The notes under the pieces: model-generated
Seen by the model: only the letters and a program-made list of their open reading frames with translations
What the model was told of the DNA's origin: nothing
Database searches by the model: none
Shown: in pieces, positions 1-12,728 of the stretch
Layout of the letters: the number at the start of each line of letters is the position of its first letter
Position numbering within the stretch: position 1 is the first letter of the stretch
Program-made: the position numbers and the translations under genes
Origin: Kudoa neothunni
Taxonomy: Eukaryota; Animalia; Cnidaria
DNA: 64,000 nucleotides
Direction of reading: 5' to 3'
Assembly: GCA_964304625.1 (NCBI GenBank)
Contig: OZ199838.1
Span: 3,730,505 to 3,794,504 of the forward strand

Positions 1-545
1 TCGGCTGCGTTAGTTGCTGGGGGAGGTGTTGTACTGATGGGCAAAGCAATTTTCGATTCGTTGATAGTTATGTTAGCTCCCGGTGCACTGTTGCAAGCTG
101 CATCTGTACTTACTGTAATCTATCCGAAACTTGAATTTTTTTTCCATTTGATTAATTGTTTGTTGTCTAGATTGATATTTCAAGAATAGAACTTGGAGAA
201 CATGCAAAATATCGATATCGTAGCAAAACCATTGTTGTTCAACACCGTACCCCAGAGGCTATTTCCGAGATGAAAAAAGTTAAGTTGAAGGATCTTCCTG
301 ATCCCGAAACCGATGAACAAAGATTTGTTCGACCTGAGTGGTTGATTATCGAAGCTGTATGCCCTCATCTAGGTTGTGTACCTAGTGTTGGAGATGGTGA
401 CTTCCAAGGATTCTTTTGTCCTTGTCATGGTTCCCACTTTGACAAATCTGGGCGAATTCGAAAAGGTCCCTCGCCTAAAAATCTAAAGGTGCCACTATAT
501 CACTTTGTGGATGATAACACAATTGAGCTTGGTACTCGGGGCTGA
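1..545 (+). CDS. UQCRFS1: Cytochrome bc1 Rieske iron-sulfur protein, 5'-truncated by window edge; exons <1-114 and 171-545
   Basis: Frame 1 gives a TM helix and hinge (SAALVAGGGVVLMGKAIFDSLIVMLAPGALLQAASVLT). A 56-nt GT-AG intron at 115-170 joins it in frame to IDISRIELGEHAKYRYRSKTIVVQHRT...PEWLIIEAVCPHLGCVP...FFCPCHGSHFDKSGRIRKGPSPKNL. Both Rieske boxes and the GRIRKGPxP motif are present. Confidence 0.97.
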
Positions 546-3431
546 TAACGATTTTTTGTTTTTAATGTTCACAAATTTATCGGATTATCAATGGAGTTTT
601 TAGTTGGTGTTATTGCTGCGTTTTTATTAGTAACATAGCATAATTTAATTGTTAGAATTTATCCGAGTTTCATTTTAAACTATTCTAGTCGTGTGTTGTA
701 TTAATTAGCGATTTTATGTTAATTTAATCCGAGTTTTGATTATCCTGAAAGTTTAAAATATTAAATATGCTCGTACTTGGCTCATTCTCTCAGTGTTGAC
801 TACAGAAGGATCTCAATACTGCGTGACTTATTGAGGCAAGGGAACAATTGCTTGATACAGTTGTGCTGGGATAATATACAATTTATGGGACCAAAAACTC
901 GGGTGCGTGATAACCCTGCTGCACTACTTAACATCTATACGTAGTCTGCGCGGCAATTTTTTCTTTTTTTATTCATTCTCTCGTTCCAATAATAATAACG
1001 TTAATAGAAAGATCTGAAAAATCGTTGTATTAGTTTTTTATGTTTCACAGGGTATTTTGAAAATAAATAAGGTAGTTTAAGACAGAATTATTTTTTCAAC
1101 GAGGAATTTGTTATTTCTCTTGTTTTAAACTATGCTTATTTTATTTTACAAAAGGAAAAATTGAATTATGTCATGTGATCCAGCATTTCAGTGTCACAGA
1201 CTTTGAATTATTTCTTTAGCTTTTCTATCTAATTTGTTCATTTTTAGACCAACTCACGAAGCAAACTCATGCAACTGTCCTCGACAGATAGTTATAGATG
1301 TGTTGTGCTTCGTTTCGTTCTTTATGTCATTGGCTAATTTATTTTCCTATTTATTGTACTCTTTGGACAGATTAATATTTCTCGCTCTCGAAAATTCGAA
1401 GTGTTTTGCGATAAAAGCTTAAATCACCTAAAATTAGGTCTGATAATATTTTTGATACAATTGTTTTCAGTGTGGTGAGTGATTTAATGCCTGAGCACTT
1501 AACGATTCATTTTAGTTTCCGTACCCCCTACCACCTGTGAGGACAACTCCGGGCCCCATCTCAAAAAAGAGATTTAAAATGAATTTATTTTTAGATGGAG
1601 AAATATTTTTATTAAAATTACATTAAAAAGAAAAAAGTCGTCCATTGTAACAAGGAAACAAATGTGAATAAAATAAATTAAATTGAGAATAAATTAAATT
1701 ATTTCTTGTCTTTGTTGAGCAATAATTAGGTCATATTGAGGCTTTTTGTCAGATAAAGATATGAATAAGTTTAAATTTGTAAATGAACTAGATATGTCAA
1801 AATTTTTTCGGAAAATATCAGATATATATAGCTGAGATTATGTGAAATTTTGAATTTTGCATATTTTGAATTATAAATTTAAAAACTAAATAAGGAAAAT
1901 AAAGATGACTCAGTCTCAAATGCAAAGTTTTAATTTACATAATTTAGGAGTGTAAATTGACTCTATTTTGAAATATAAAAATTTAAATTACTCATGCTTG
2001 ATGCTAATTAAAGTATAATTCTTACAGCCATATAGTTTTCTTAAAAATAATACATAATACCATTTTTCATGACTCAATTCATCTTCTCCAGTAAAATGTA
2101 AATATTTCGTAATTTTTTTACGTTGTACTTTTCAAGATTCGAACTAAATAATTTATTTACGAATGAACAGGAAAAAAACTAACTTTTTTTCATTTACTAA
2201 TAAATTAAAAGTAATAGTTTACAAATATAAATTAATTTTCAGTAAAATTCATCAAATCACTATTCGTTTATCAGACTTATTTCAGCTTCGATTGCGCATA
2301 AATCCCACATGATATATTTCAGAGGGAGATTCTGATTAATTAAAATCGGTACATTATTTACAAAGTATGCGTAGCAGTTCAGTTTTTCCGTTGACTCTAG
2401 TTGCGAGTCTCAGACCCCCTAGGAGTCCGAGAACCCCCAATCGGGAAGCCCTGCTTCAGAGCCACGCTTAATTCCTAATTTTTCCAATTATTTAATAATC
2501 TACACGTTTTCTTCAAGTAAACGATAATTTTTTCCATTTTCTTATTGTGTACTAACCATGAATTGTGCAATAAGCATGCACTCCTATTTTTCCAGACGAA
2601 AGAATTATTTCTCAATTTTATAACTACATTTATCGATATATTTTACTCTTATCTCACGATTTATATCTATAGTTAATTTTTATATTTTGAATTTTTGACA
2701 TTATTTCTAAAAGCGCGCAATAACCATGCTACGTAATAACTCTGCGATACTGTACTGAATACCTACGCGAGTGCAATTACATAATTTTATTTTTTTCAAT
2801 GAAGTCACTTGCTTCACCGTAATCAGCCTATTTTTAATTATTTAAAGAATTTGTCCGTTATTTGACTAAAATTAACAAAAAATTGAACTTTTATGTATGA
2901 GCGAAAAATTTAGCGATTTTATAAATTTGTTTTAATTCGGAAGGCGAAGCGGTTTGATCAATTGCGTCAAATCTCTTATCTCATTACATTCTTATGCTTT
3001 GCTTACGTTATTGGAGCAATTTCAATGTATTAATGTTCATTTCGAGGTTCTCGCACTATTATTAATTCATCAATTTAGTTATCTAATAAAATAATTGATA
3101 AATAATACTTATATTATCATTATACTTCCAAGATATTTTGGATTTGTAAATACAATAGGTTCCAATAGAAGTGTGAAGGTGTAAATCTATATTTAAATGT
3201 TTATTATGTAAAAAAAAAAAATTTAGAAATTTTTCTATAATTTGAATTTTGGCTACTTTTAGCATTTATCTATTTAACATGTGAATTATAAGGGTTGTAA
3301 TGCATCAGCCACCAGTACGAGGTCGAATAGTGCGGTACGGCACCACCGCCCTTTAATGCAGATAACCCAGGGTTGGACCTTGTGTCACAATCTAAATTAA
3401 TTTTTCTGATCCAGATCGTTGTTTTAAAGTA

Positions 3432-3666
3432 GGCGCTAGCTATTGACACAGAAGTTCTTAATCCAAGGTGACAACTATGTTTGCGTAATTCCTATTATTA
3501 ATTTGGGGAACTCCTATTTATAGTCGATCTATAAAGTTTATTTTTTATAATCCGATGTGTTGTTGTATTTTGAACCATCAATACCGCTTTTGGTTGCCAA
3601 AAATAATTAAATACAACCAAAACTATAGCTACCGACATACTGTGATCCGAATCAATAGCCATTTCC
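3432..3666. mobile_element. ~235-bp MITE, same family as 12513-12728, 34812-34989 and 35141-35375
   Basis: Ends ggcgctagctattgacaca...tcaatagccatttcc. The internal ctcctatttatagtcgatc is the reverse complement of gatcaactataaataggag in the other copies. Confidence 0.65.
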
Positions 3667-4475
3667 TCTTAAATACATATGTCAAAATAAAAAAGAATTG
3701 AAACTGCTTAAATATATTGACTACGTTATCTGCCCTAAAAATGGTCACAATCCTAATACCAATAGATTGAACTAGTCTAACAGATTTGTAAAGAAATATG
3801 AGCTAAATATTTTCAAATAAGTTTAAACTCATTTAAAACACCAGGAAGGCCGATCAATGAAGATAAACAAATTCTATTTTAAATGGAAAATCTCACTTTT
3901 TTAAGGTTTAATTATTCGATAAAAACCTTACGAGTATATTCATTTATTAACCTGTGAAGGAAATTAGATCCGAAAGATATTTAATTTTATTATTTTTCAA
4001 ATTATAACTTTGTAACCACACAGGAAAAAATTTTTCTTCATGAATGTGAAAATTATCTAGGGCGTTCTCATGTTTATTTTTTTACTTACATCTTTTTTTA
4101 TTAGATTTTTTGTTGTTTCTTATACAGTAATTTGAAGCATTTATTTACGAAAAGGACATTTTTAAAAATTTCTCCATCATTCGCATTTACAATTCAAAGT
4201 ATGTGTAAAATCCTAAATATCCACCGTTAGAAAAAATATTATCTGTACTACCAGCGTTTTTTATGTCACCCATTGCATTTACGCTAAATTTACTTTTGAA
4301 TTTAAACAGGAAATTTTTATTTCTAAAAAACTAATTCATCTCGACCAATCGGTGATTCTCCTCCAGCTGCACAATCAAAATTGATGTTCAGTTATAAATA
4401 CACAAATACATAAAGCATATTTGTAGATGAAAGTTATTTTAGTTATAAAATATATAATGTTAGCGTAACTTCCAA

Positions 4476-5520
4476 TTATACATCATACATCAAGGAAATA
4501 GCCGCTAAATAGTACGTTTCGTAATGTTTCTCATAATTCAGACATATGTCTTTAATTTTGTCCATTTTTAGTACATGATATTTTTCAGATAAGATAGAAT
4601 TTGGATTGCACATGAGATATTGAATAGCTTGTTCAGTATTACTCTGAGCTTCTTTTAATACCTCAATAAATGTTTGCAAGCCGGCATGGCTCTCATCAAA
4701 TCGATTATAAAAATGACAGTTGAATGCTTCTGCTGAATTTGAAGTAACGCTTATTCCTTCGATAACACGATCGAAAACATTCCCATCTTCTATTGAAAAT
4801 TTGGGAAACTTCACTTTCTTATCTTTGAGAATGAACAAAACTATGGTATACATTGATTCGGTTCTATTTTCCATTAATACATAAATAAGTGGGAAATCCT
4901 TGCCCAATATCCTCTCATGAATAATGTATAATTGTGAGAACTCTCTTGGCACCGCTTTGAGCAGTACGTCCAATATCCAAACTTCTGTATTATTCGAATG
5001 TACAAGGTTGTCGGGAGTAGAAAAAGTGATGACACGTTCAGCATCCTTGGAACCAGAGTCGTATAGCATTATATCTTCATTGCTGAATGATTGGATGTTT
5101 AAGTCGTATAAATTGGACTCGTAGTTGACATCAATGGAGTTTCTTTTGCCAGAATTTTGAATATTTTTATAGATTGAATTCTTTGAAATTATCGTGAAAT
5201 AATGAAGATTGATAGACTTTGTAGCCATAGAATAAACTTTATTAGTTGGATATTTTGTACTTTCAGTCAAATCCTCGATTTTTTGATTAAGAATAATCGT
5301 TTGATTTCATTGTCGGATAGAGAGTGATTATGGGTTCCTACTTCTTCAATTTGCAAGATATCATCCAATGGTGAAGTTCTCGGCCTTCCTTTACATGTTC
5401 CGTATTGACATCACCAATATTGATTGTTGCCGTTAGAACAATCTTTCACGTAACAGAATTTATTGAACACAATTTTTACCTCAGTTCGTATAATTCTGAA
5501 TAACAAATAATTGGGTTTAT
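4476..5520 (-). pseudogene. MULE (Mutator-like) transposase remnant with N-terminal FLYWCH-like region and an internal deletion
   Basis: ORF 4476-5270 contains YDSG...WILDVLLKAVPREFSQLYIIH...FPLIYVLMENRT and TSNSAEAFNCHF, matching the MULE DGTFKxxPxxFxQLYTIH and TNNxxExxH motifs. The broken upstream frame reads YW*CQYGTCKGR. Confidence 0.85.
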
Positions 5521-6302
5521 TAGAATTAGATTCACCGGCGTGTAGAGTTTTGTCGCCGGCAAAATATTACCATGCCATATTTTTACTTATGTTTTTTCCT
5601 TTTTAATAATTAACCCTTAACACTCGCACTGAGTCGATATTTTTCACCTTTAAATGAGTTTGGAGTCATTATTGAACCCAAACTCAGTATGAGTGTGAAA
5701 AAATAACTTTGGGATCCATGCCCTACCTTTATATTATTTTGTGTATAAATTGTGATGTTTAAGTTGATATATTTTGTGAACTTTCGACAGAATTTCACCT
5801 GCTTCTAAAAAAAGTATTACCTATCGACTGATATAATAAAATTTGTGGAACTAATGGCGAAATTACACAAAATATATCACAGTGTACTACATAATAATGG
5901 GAACATAGACTCGCGAAACCAATGGTTAACTTTTTGGGGTTAAAACCCCAAAGTTAGCTTATATTTTTATTCTATTACGAATATTTACCTATAAACTTGT
6001 TTCTATTTCCTTTTTATTTTTATAATTTAAATATTTTTCTATTAACAGAAATTTTTGAAAATACGTCAGTAATTCCTTGAGATAAAACTTGATCCGATAA
6101 TAAATGCTCAACGCCAAAAGTTTTCTATACTATAGTCACGAGATTAACATTGTAGAAAACGTTAAAACTTAGTACATTATTTAAATTTTAAAATCGATAT
6201 ATTTGTAAAAATAATATATATCTATTGTATATTCCAATTATTAATTTTTGCAGAGGTTAAAAAGTGAGAAAAATCGATCATTGACTTTAAAGAGCGCCTT
6301 AA

Positions 6303-7364
6303 CCCTTTGAACCACAGTGTTGTCAAATGGCAACATTTTAATTTTATAAATGTTTTACCTATTTAATTACATTTTTTAAATATATTTTTATTTTAATAGT
6401 ATAGTTAATGTTTATTTGATTTCATAAAAATGAATTATAAACTTGTATATTTTATATCAGGAGCAATACAGATGAGTATCAAACTCTACGGAAAATATAA
6501 AAAAGGCTAAAAGTATCATACAATTGAACTTAGAATTTTGAGGTTTCAGTAAAATTAAAAATGTGCACATATACTATTAAATAAGTTTATTCTAAAAATG
6601 AATCTAACAAGAAAATATGTTTTGATATGTATACTATGATAGATTAATCCTTGTTGCCATTCGACATCATTGGACCCTCGATTCAAGTGTGTTTATATAC
6701 TTTGGAACGGATTTTGACTAGATTGGGAAGGAGGGATAAATAGACCATACTTTTAAAAATCATACTATTACCAGGTGGATGTAAATCAGACGTTGGACTG
6801 GAATCGGATTCCATTTTGTATAGTCAATACGATAGTATTGTATCCGAATACAGTTCTAGTGATGAGGAGAGAGATGACTACCGTTGAAATTAGAAAATGA
6901 ATGCGAAAAATTAAATAAACAATGATATTGAAACAAATGATATTTTTAAACAAGTTGAAGATATTATATTTGAACGTTTCACTTATTTCAACCGATCCTT
7001 CAATGATAGATTATTTTAACATATTTGCATTAAGTGTAATGTTCATTTGTGCCTCAATAAAAATAGAAACTGCTTGTTGGACTATCGGAATTGTAATAAA
7101 TAATTAAATATTTTATTTCTGAAGATGGTGGTGGAAGAGTAATTTTTTGGTAAAAAACAAAGTAACATAAAAACGAGCACATTCGCACTCCCACATATTG
7201 AAATTAGCGCCGTCCCAATGTTGCCATTTGGCACCATGTGTGTACCCTTTTAATTTTTGAAATGAGTGCTTCAATTTTTGGGTATTTTATATAGTTGTTT
7301 AAAATTAAACATAATGGGCAACAAAATTTTTTTAGCCGCTGAATTAAATTCGGGGTTTGAAGGG
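6303..7364 (+). mobile_element. Non-autonomous piggyBac, internal deletion derivative
   Basis: TTAA on both sides (6299-6302, 7365-7368). Termini are ccctttgaacc / ggtttgaaggg, with three tgttg(t/c)ca...g(g/a)ca subterminal motifs. A residual Cys-rich C-terminus CIKCNVHLCLNKNRNCLLDY lies near 7025-7085. Confidence 0.85.
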
Positions 7365-8626
7365 TTAATATACCTTCCACAACCACTCTCGATGGTATAT
7401 GAAAAGAAAACTTAAAGTTGCCAAAATTCTTGAAAAGGTGCAATTACGTAGCATGTCTCATTAACTTGTTTAACGTGGTTAAAGCTATAAAATATTTCTA
7501 GAAATAATTGATACATCAAAATCACTTTTTTGCAGAAAAATATACTTGAAATTATTGCAACAAATTTTTCTCAAATGAAAATAATTATTTATTTTTATTA
7601 TTAATAATTTTAATAATCTTTGGCCTAAATATAAGCTATATGAATGTATTAAATAGTTATGTATATTATGAAAGAGCTTGTAAAAACCTAAAACCAGGCG
7701 TGCTAAAGTTTACACACTTATATTCACCTCTCTGTGGAAATGCATAACATCGTTCATCTACAGAAATATTTAGAATCAAGTATGTTTTTCTAGATTCTCT
7801 TTTGAGTTAAGAATGTTAATAAAAATAAAATAATTCAATTAAATAATGCAACTTGGAGCCATGTATTATCGAGACTCTTACTTTCCCCATAAATCTAGGT
7901 GTATTTGAATACAACACCAAATTAGATGTAATATTCATTATAGTAAATAAAAAAATATGTTCATAAAAAATAAGTTTATTTTATCAATTAAATTAGAGGA
8001 TAGAATTTCTAAACCAATTTTAAATATTTATTGCCATTAATTGCGTGGAATGTCCCATGATAATTATTTTCTAACTTAAATTTATAAAAAATATGAAAAG
8101 GGTCTTAAAAATTGTTGTTATAGAGAAAATCACTTTTACTCTAGAGTTAGAAATAATTGTATGTAATCTTCTAATGAATTTAGGGTAATTTGTTACCCTG
8201 AAATTCATCGTAATGTAGTCGATTTTTGATCAATAGAGGGTTAAGCCCCCAAGTTTAATAAAAAGTAAAAGTATTCTGAAAAATATATTTATTTTAAACA
8301 TTTTTTCGCAGAATTAGGGAATCAAATACAAATTTTAGGAGATTAATTTAAATTAATGATTTCACTTTGTAAAATCGCCATTTTACACAAAAGTACTGAA
8401 AATTTTATAAAAATATTTTTAAAAAAATACAAAGCGTTAGCATTATTTATTGTATAGCATCATTCTTGTTTACCTAACATAGACATAGTAAGCGTTGATT
8501 CTTACTAAAACAATTCACAAAAAAAATTATTTTTAACACTTCTAGAACCAAATAATACAATCATTAATTCACAGGAACAGTCATACATTTAGTAATCATC
8601 AAAATCTACAGTTGAAGTTAGGCTAA

Positions 8627-11600
8627 TTATTCATCATCTTCCTCATCTTCTGGATCAGAATAATCAGTGGAATCGTTATTTTCTATCTGTAACTCTTCAG
8701 TTTCAGTAGTAGAGATAGTGGGTTTTTCATTACAATATGAAGGGGCAGTATGAACAGACGCTTGAGCCTTATAAAGTTGAATTAAAGTAGATGAATCCGA
8801 GGCATCTTGAATCTGTTTATCCGGTCTTATTTTAATGAAACGTGGAAATCTGAGAGAAATGCCCTTGCCCTTTTCAATCTTTACAGTAAAAATATCAAAA
8901 AACTTTCATTTTCTTGGAAAAAGTTTAAATTTTACCATATCTCTAGCTGCTTTGTGGACAGTAGATAAAGACATATCTGCAGCTTTAATTTCCCATATCT
9001 AGATTAATCAATAAGAATAAAATTGAAAACAAGCCAAAACAACTCACCTGAACAGGTTCAAACCAATTATCTGCAGCTAGATTCGAATCAAAACTATAGA
9101 AATCTGGTGGAGTTTCCACAATGTGTTGCTTGAAAAATTCATAATGTGCTGCAAGAATGGCATCACTTAATCCAGTACCAATCTAAATTAGTTGGAAAAG
9201 TGACACAATAAGAAAGTGTCTTTATCGTAGAGAAGAGACGTACTCGACATATACTTTGAACTTCTTCAGAAATAGGATCATAGCAACCCATGAGAAAACC
9301 ACCATAGCTTCCTTTTCGTTTGCCAGCTCCATGGTAGCCGCCCATAACTACCAAATCGACAGTATCACCAACTTTGTCAATATAATCTTTTTTCAACTAC
9401 ATAAATCAGCAGTAGAGATAACAGGAAATGTGCTATTTCAACAACTTTAATCCAATAGGAAGAACGTTTATTTATTTGGTAGACAGACGAGAGATCTTTC
9501 ACCATAAGACCTTCACATTGGTTTTTTACCGCATCATCAATGGCAGCAACGACAGTTTCATCATTGCATTTATCTATGGGGTAATTTCTAGCGAAAACAA
9601 ACTTGCTATCAAATTCATTGAAGTTAGCTTTGAGCAATCGAAGTCTCTCTTTGAGTGGCGTATCCAATAGAGATTTTCCATTCAAAAATAGTAGGTCGAA
9701 AGCGACCACACAAACATCCACTTTAATATTTTCAACGGTAACATTCTATTATATAATAAATCGATAAAAAATGATTATCCACATATATACTTTGTATTTT
9801 CTAGTTAGTAGTACTTGAAATGGTCTAATTACACCTAACTCCTTATCATACGCGACGATTTCAGAGTCAATAATAAATGACTTAACATTTTCGCTTGCGA
9901 ACACCTTATTTTGTTTAAATAAATTAGTGAATTTTTTGTCAAAACGTTCAAATAATAAAAATACATTAGGTAAGAGTTGTGAGATTTCAGGATAGCGCGG
10001 GGTTTGATTTTCTTGATTTCTGCTAAAGCAGCTGAATTGGTTGGTTTCACCGTTATAGTGAATCTAATTGCATTTTAAATTAGGAACAAGAGGAATCAAT
10101 AGACAAATACTTGTGCTCGTTCACCGTCATATTTATATTCTAATATAACAGTATCACTAGTAATATTATCACCGAATCTGCTGTAAATATCCGTCAGTTG
10201 ATTGAGTGGAATTGCCAACATAGGTCTGACTGGCATGCCAACGTCAATTTGGCAAGCATTCTGTATCTCTTCCCATCCTTTGTCAAGAAGAAGAGGAATC
10301 AAAACGTCGAAGTTTGGCATTACACTAATCTTAAATAATACTTGAAAACAAAGTAAACCACCAACTACCAGAACGCATTCCTGATATTTGTAGCGGCTAT
10401 TTTCATATTCTCAAGAAGGTCGTTGGAAGTTGGTTGTTTACCGCCATCAACTAAATTATTTAATAAAAAATTATTTATACCAAACTTTGATATAAAAATT
10501 TTCTCTAATTATAATTCAACCATTAATGTAACTATAATTATTTAACTTGCGAAGCAATTACTTTTCAATTGAACCATTGCATGACCAATGGCATTCAAAA
10601 TGAGCGGTTCTCGTAATCCAATACGGAGATTTTTCTGCAGAATTCTTATCAAGTATCTGCCTTCGCAAAGCTGGCAGTTGCTGTAGAGCAGTTGGATTTT
10701 GGCGCATTTTTTTTCGTTAGCCTAAATCAAAGAAACGCTAATTTGGCAGAAATACAACTCAAACCAATCCCAACCTTATCACCACTAATGAGAGCGATTT
10801 CTCTCAACATCGTAAACACTTTTCCAACCGTCAGATCTTTAGGTTTGACCAAAGTACGCTGTCTAATTTTTGATTTCTTAAATGGTAAATTAGAAAAACT
10901 ACCGAATAAGTTAAAATCAATTACTTCAGCTACAATACCCAAGTCCCCATGCTCAGTCATGTCATGTTTAATTTGATCTTTATTACGACCTATATGTAAT
11001 AATTAGCATTGATAGATTGTCGCAAACACAAAAGTTACCTGTTGTATTCGCTACTGTTTGTATAAGAAGTGAATCTCCAATACCTAATTTGAGCCCTTGA
11101 TACGATGGAGCAATCTTTTTAAAAGGATTCATAAATACGGTCATTGTTCCCAATTTACCTACCTCACCCATACACAAATAGAGACAGGGAATAAATTCTT
11201 GAGGACTCAACAAGATAACTGATTTGAAAAAGTTGGTAGCGATCGTGGTGGATTTCAGACTAAAATTAAAATGGCGTCAAAGTCTTATGCAACTATTAAG
11301 ATGTGGAATATACGTCGAGGATGTTTCTTCAATAGCCTTAAAGGTGAGGCTTAACGCCAAAAATGGTACTCTACAAAAATTTAACATTAATACAGATAAA
11401 AACACATACGGTTGATCAGGAAGCCAACAAGCATCATTGATAGGATCATATTTATCAGAGTCAGGTCGATACTCTTTCACAGGTATAGCATCCGCTTTAG
11501 ATCTAATTGAATAATGAAAAAAATTGACGAAGCTTAAATAATTGTTCACATGTCGGGACGATCTCTATATGTGGTGAGTTTCGTTATTTTTGAATCTTAA

Positions 11601-11822
11601 TAATATAAAAAACAATAAAAATTGAAAAAACTACCAAATGAATAGTCGGAAGGTTTCACCAGAGAATGTTCTCTTTTTATAGCGGGAGTTTCTGAGGGTG
11701 ATGGACACAAATTAACTGACGGTTTTATATCAGGTTTTTTATTCCCACCAAAGAAAGAACTACATTAATACAATAAAAAGAACAAATACCTAAGCATACG
11801 CTATCGATCTACTCTTGCTCAT
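8627..11822 (-). CDS. LIG1: DNA ligase I, many short GT-AG introns
   Basis: Manual splicing gives an N-terminal PIP-like [11 protein letters not shown], then [31 protein letters not shown] and LRIGL. Catalytic and later motifs are [54 protein letters not shown] and [16 protein letters not shown], followed by an acidic tail ending at TAA (8627-8629). Confidence 0.97.
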
Positions 11823-12512
11823 TTCAAATCTACTCCTTATGGTGACTAAGCGCAACCACCTACCGAGCATGCAACCGGTCGGCTGTTGCCTAGTCGTTTA
11901 GTACTGGATTAGTGTGCTGTTTAGAGTATTTGTGGGCGCTGGCTTGTGAATTTAATTAAATCTAGGAGTTGAATAATTGCAAGCGATCGTCGTATTTTTA
12001 AATAAAAATTTTCTAAACAATATTTTCTAGATAAATTGTGAAGATGTTATCTTATGTAGATATGTTTCAATTATTAAAATATGTTCCAAGTGTAAAAAGT
12101 TACAACACTTATTATAGAGAGAATGCGTTTGGGTTGTGAATTAACGTTACGTTACCCAATTCTTATCATTCATGCTCATGTTTAAGTTTAACTCCGCGCG
12201 TTTGTTATCTAATTGAGCCAACTATCACTTTTCCTGATTGCAGATAATATATCATATCATTTTTAAATAATTCAATTAAATTATCAATATTGGATGAATA
12301 GATTCTCAATGTGAAGTTTTCTCAGTACTTATCTTTGCGCTTGCGCGAAAGCTCATTTTGATTACTTAGTTATTATCGTTTAACATTTTTTACAATAAAG
12401 CCATAATATGTAGTTTTTTTATTTATATTTAAATTATTCTAGAATTCACAATATGAAAGTCAATAAATCCAAACAGTCAGATTCTATATAACATGGAAGT
12501 TGGCTAAAATAA

Positions 12513-12728
12513 GGAAGTGGTTATTGACACGGACAATAATATCCAGGTAGGTATAATTTGGACTGTATTTAATTATTTTTGGCACATAGGAGCAGTAGCG
12601 ATGGGTCAAACATAATTAAATACAGCAGATTCTAAAAAATTAACTTAATGATCAACTATAAATAGGAGTTTTTAGGGATTAGGAACAGAAACTGCTCAAG
12701 TGTAGTTACAATTTTATACTTGGCTACC
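12513..12728. mobile_element. MITE copy (ggaagtggctattgacacgga family)
   Basis: Collinear similarity with 35141-35375: ggaagtggttattgacacgga, ctgtatttaattatttttgg, gatcaactataaataggag. Confidence 0.7.

Noticed and set aside
3320-3390. tRNA-like sequence with weak A/B boxes
   Set aside because: No consistent cloverleaf and the B box lacks TTCG. At best a decayed SINE head, so it is not called.
8627-11822. Non-canonical splice sites or an alternative genetic code explaining the fragmented ORFs
   Set aside because: Every junction I resolved in LIG1, Rieske, UCK-like and SLC46-like uses GT-AG with the standard code.
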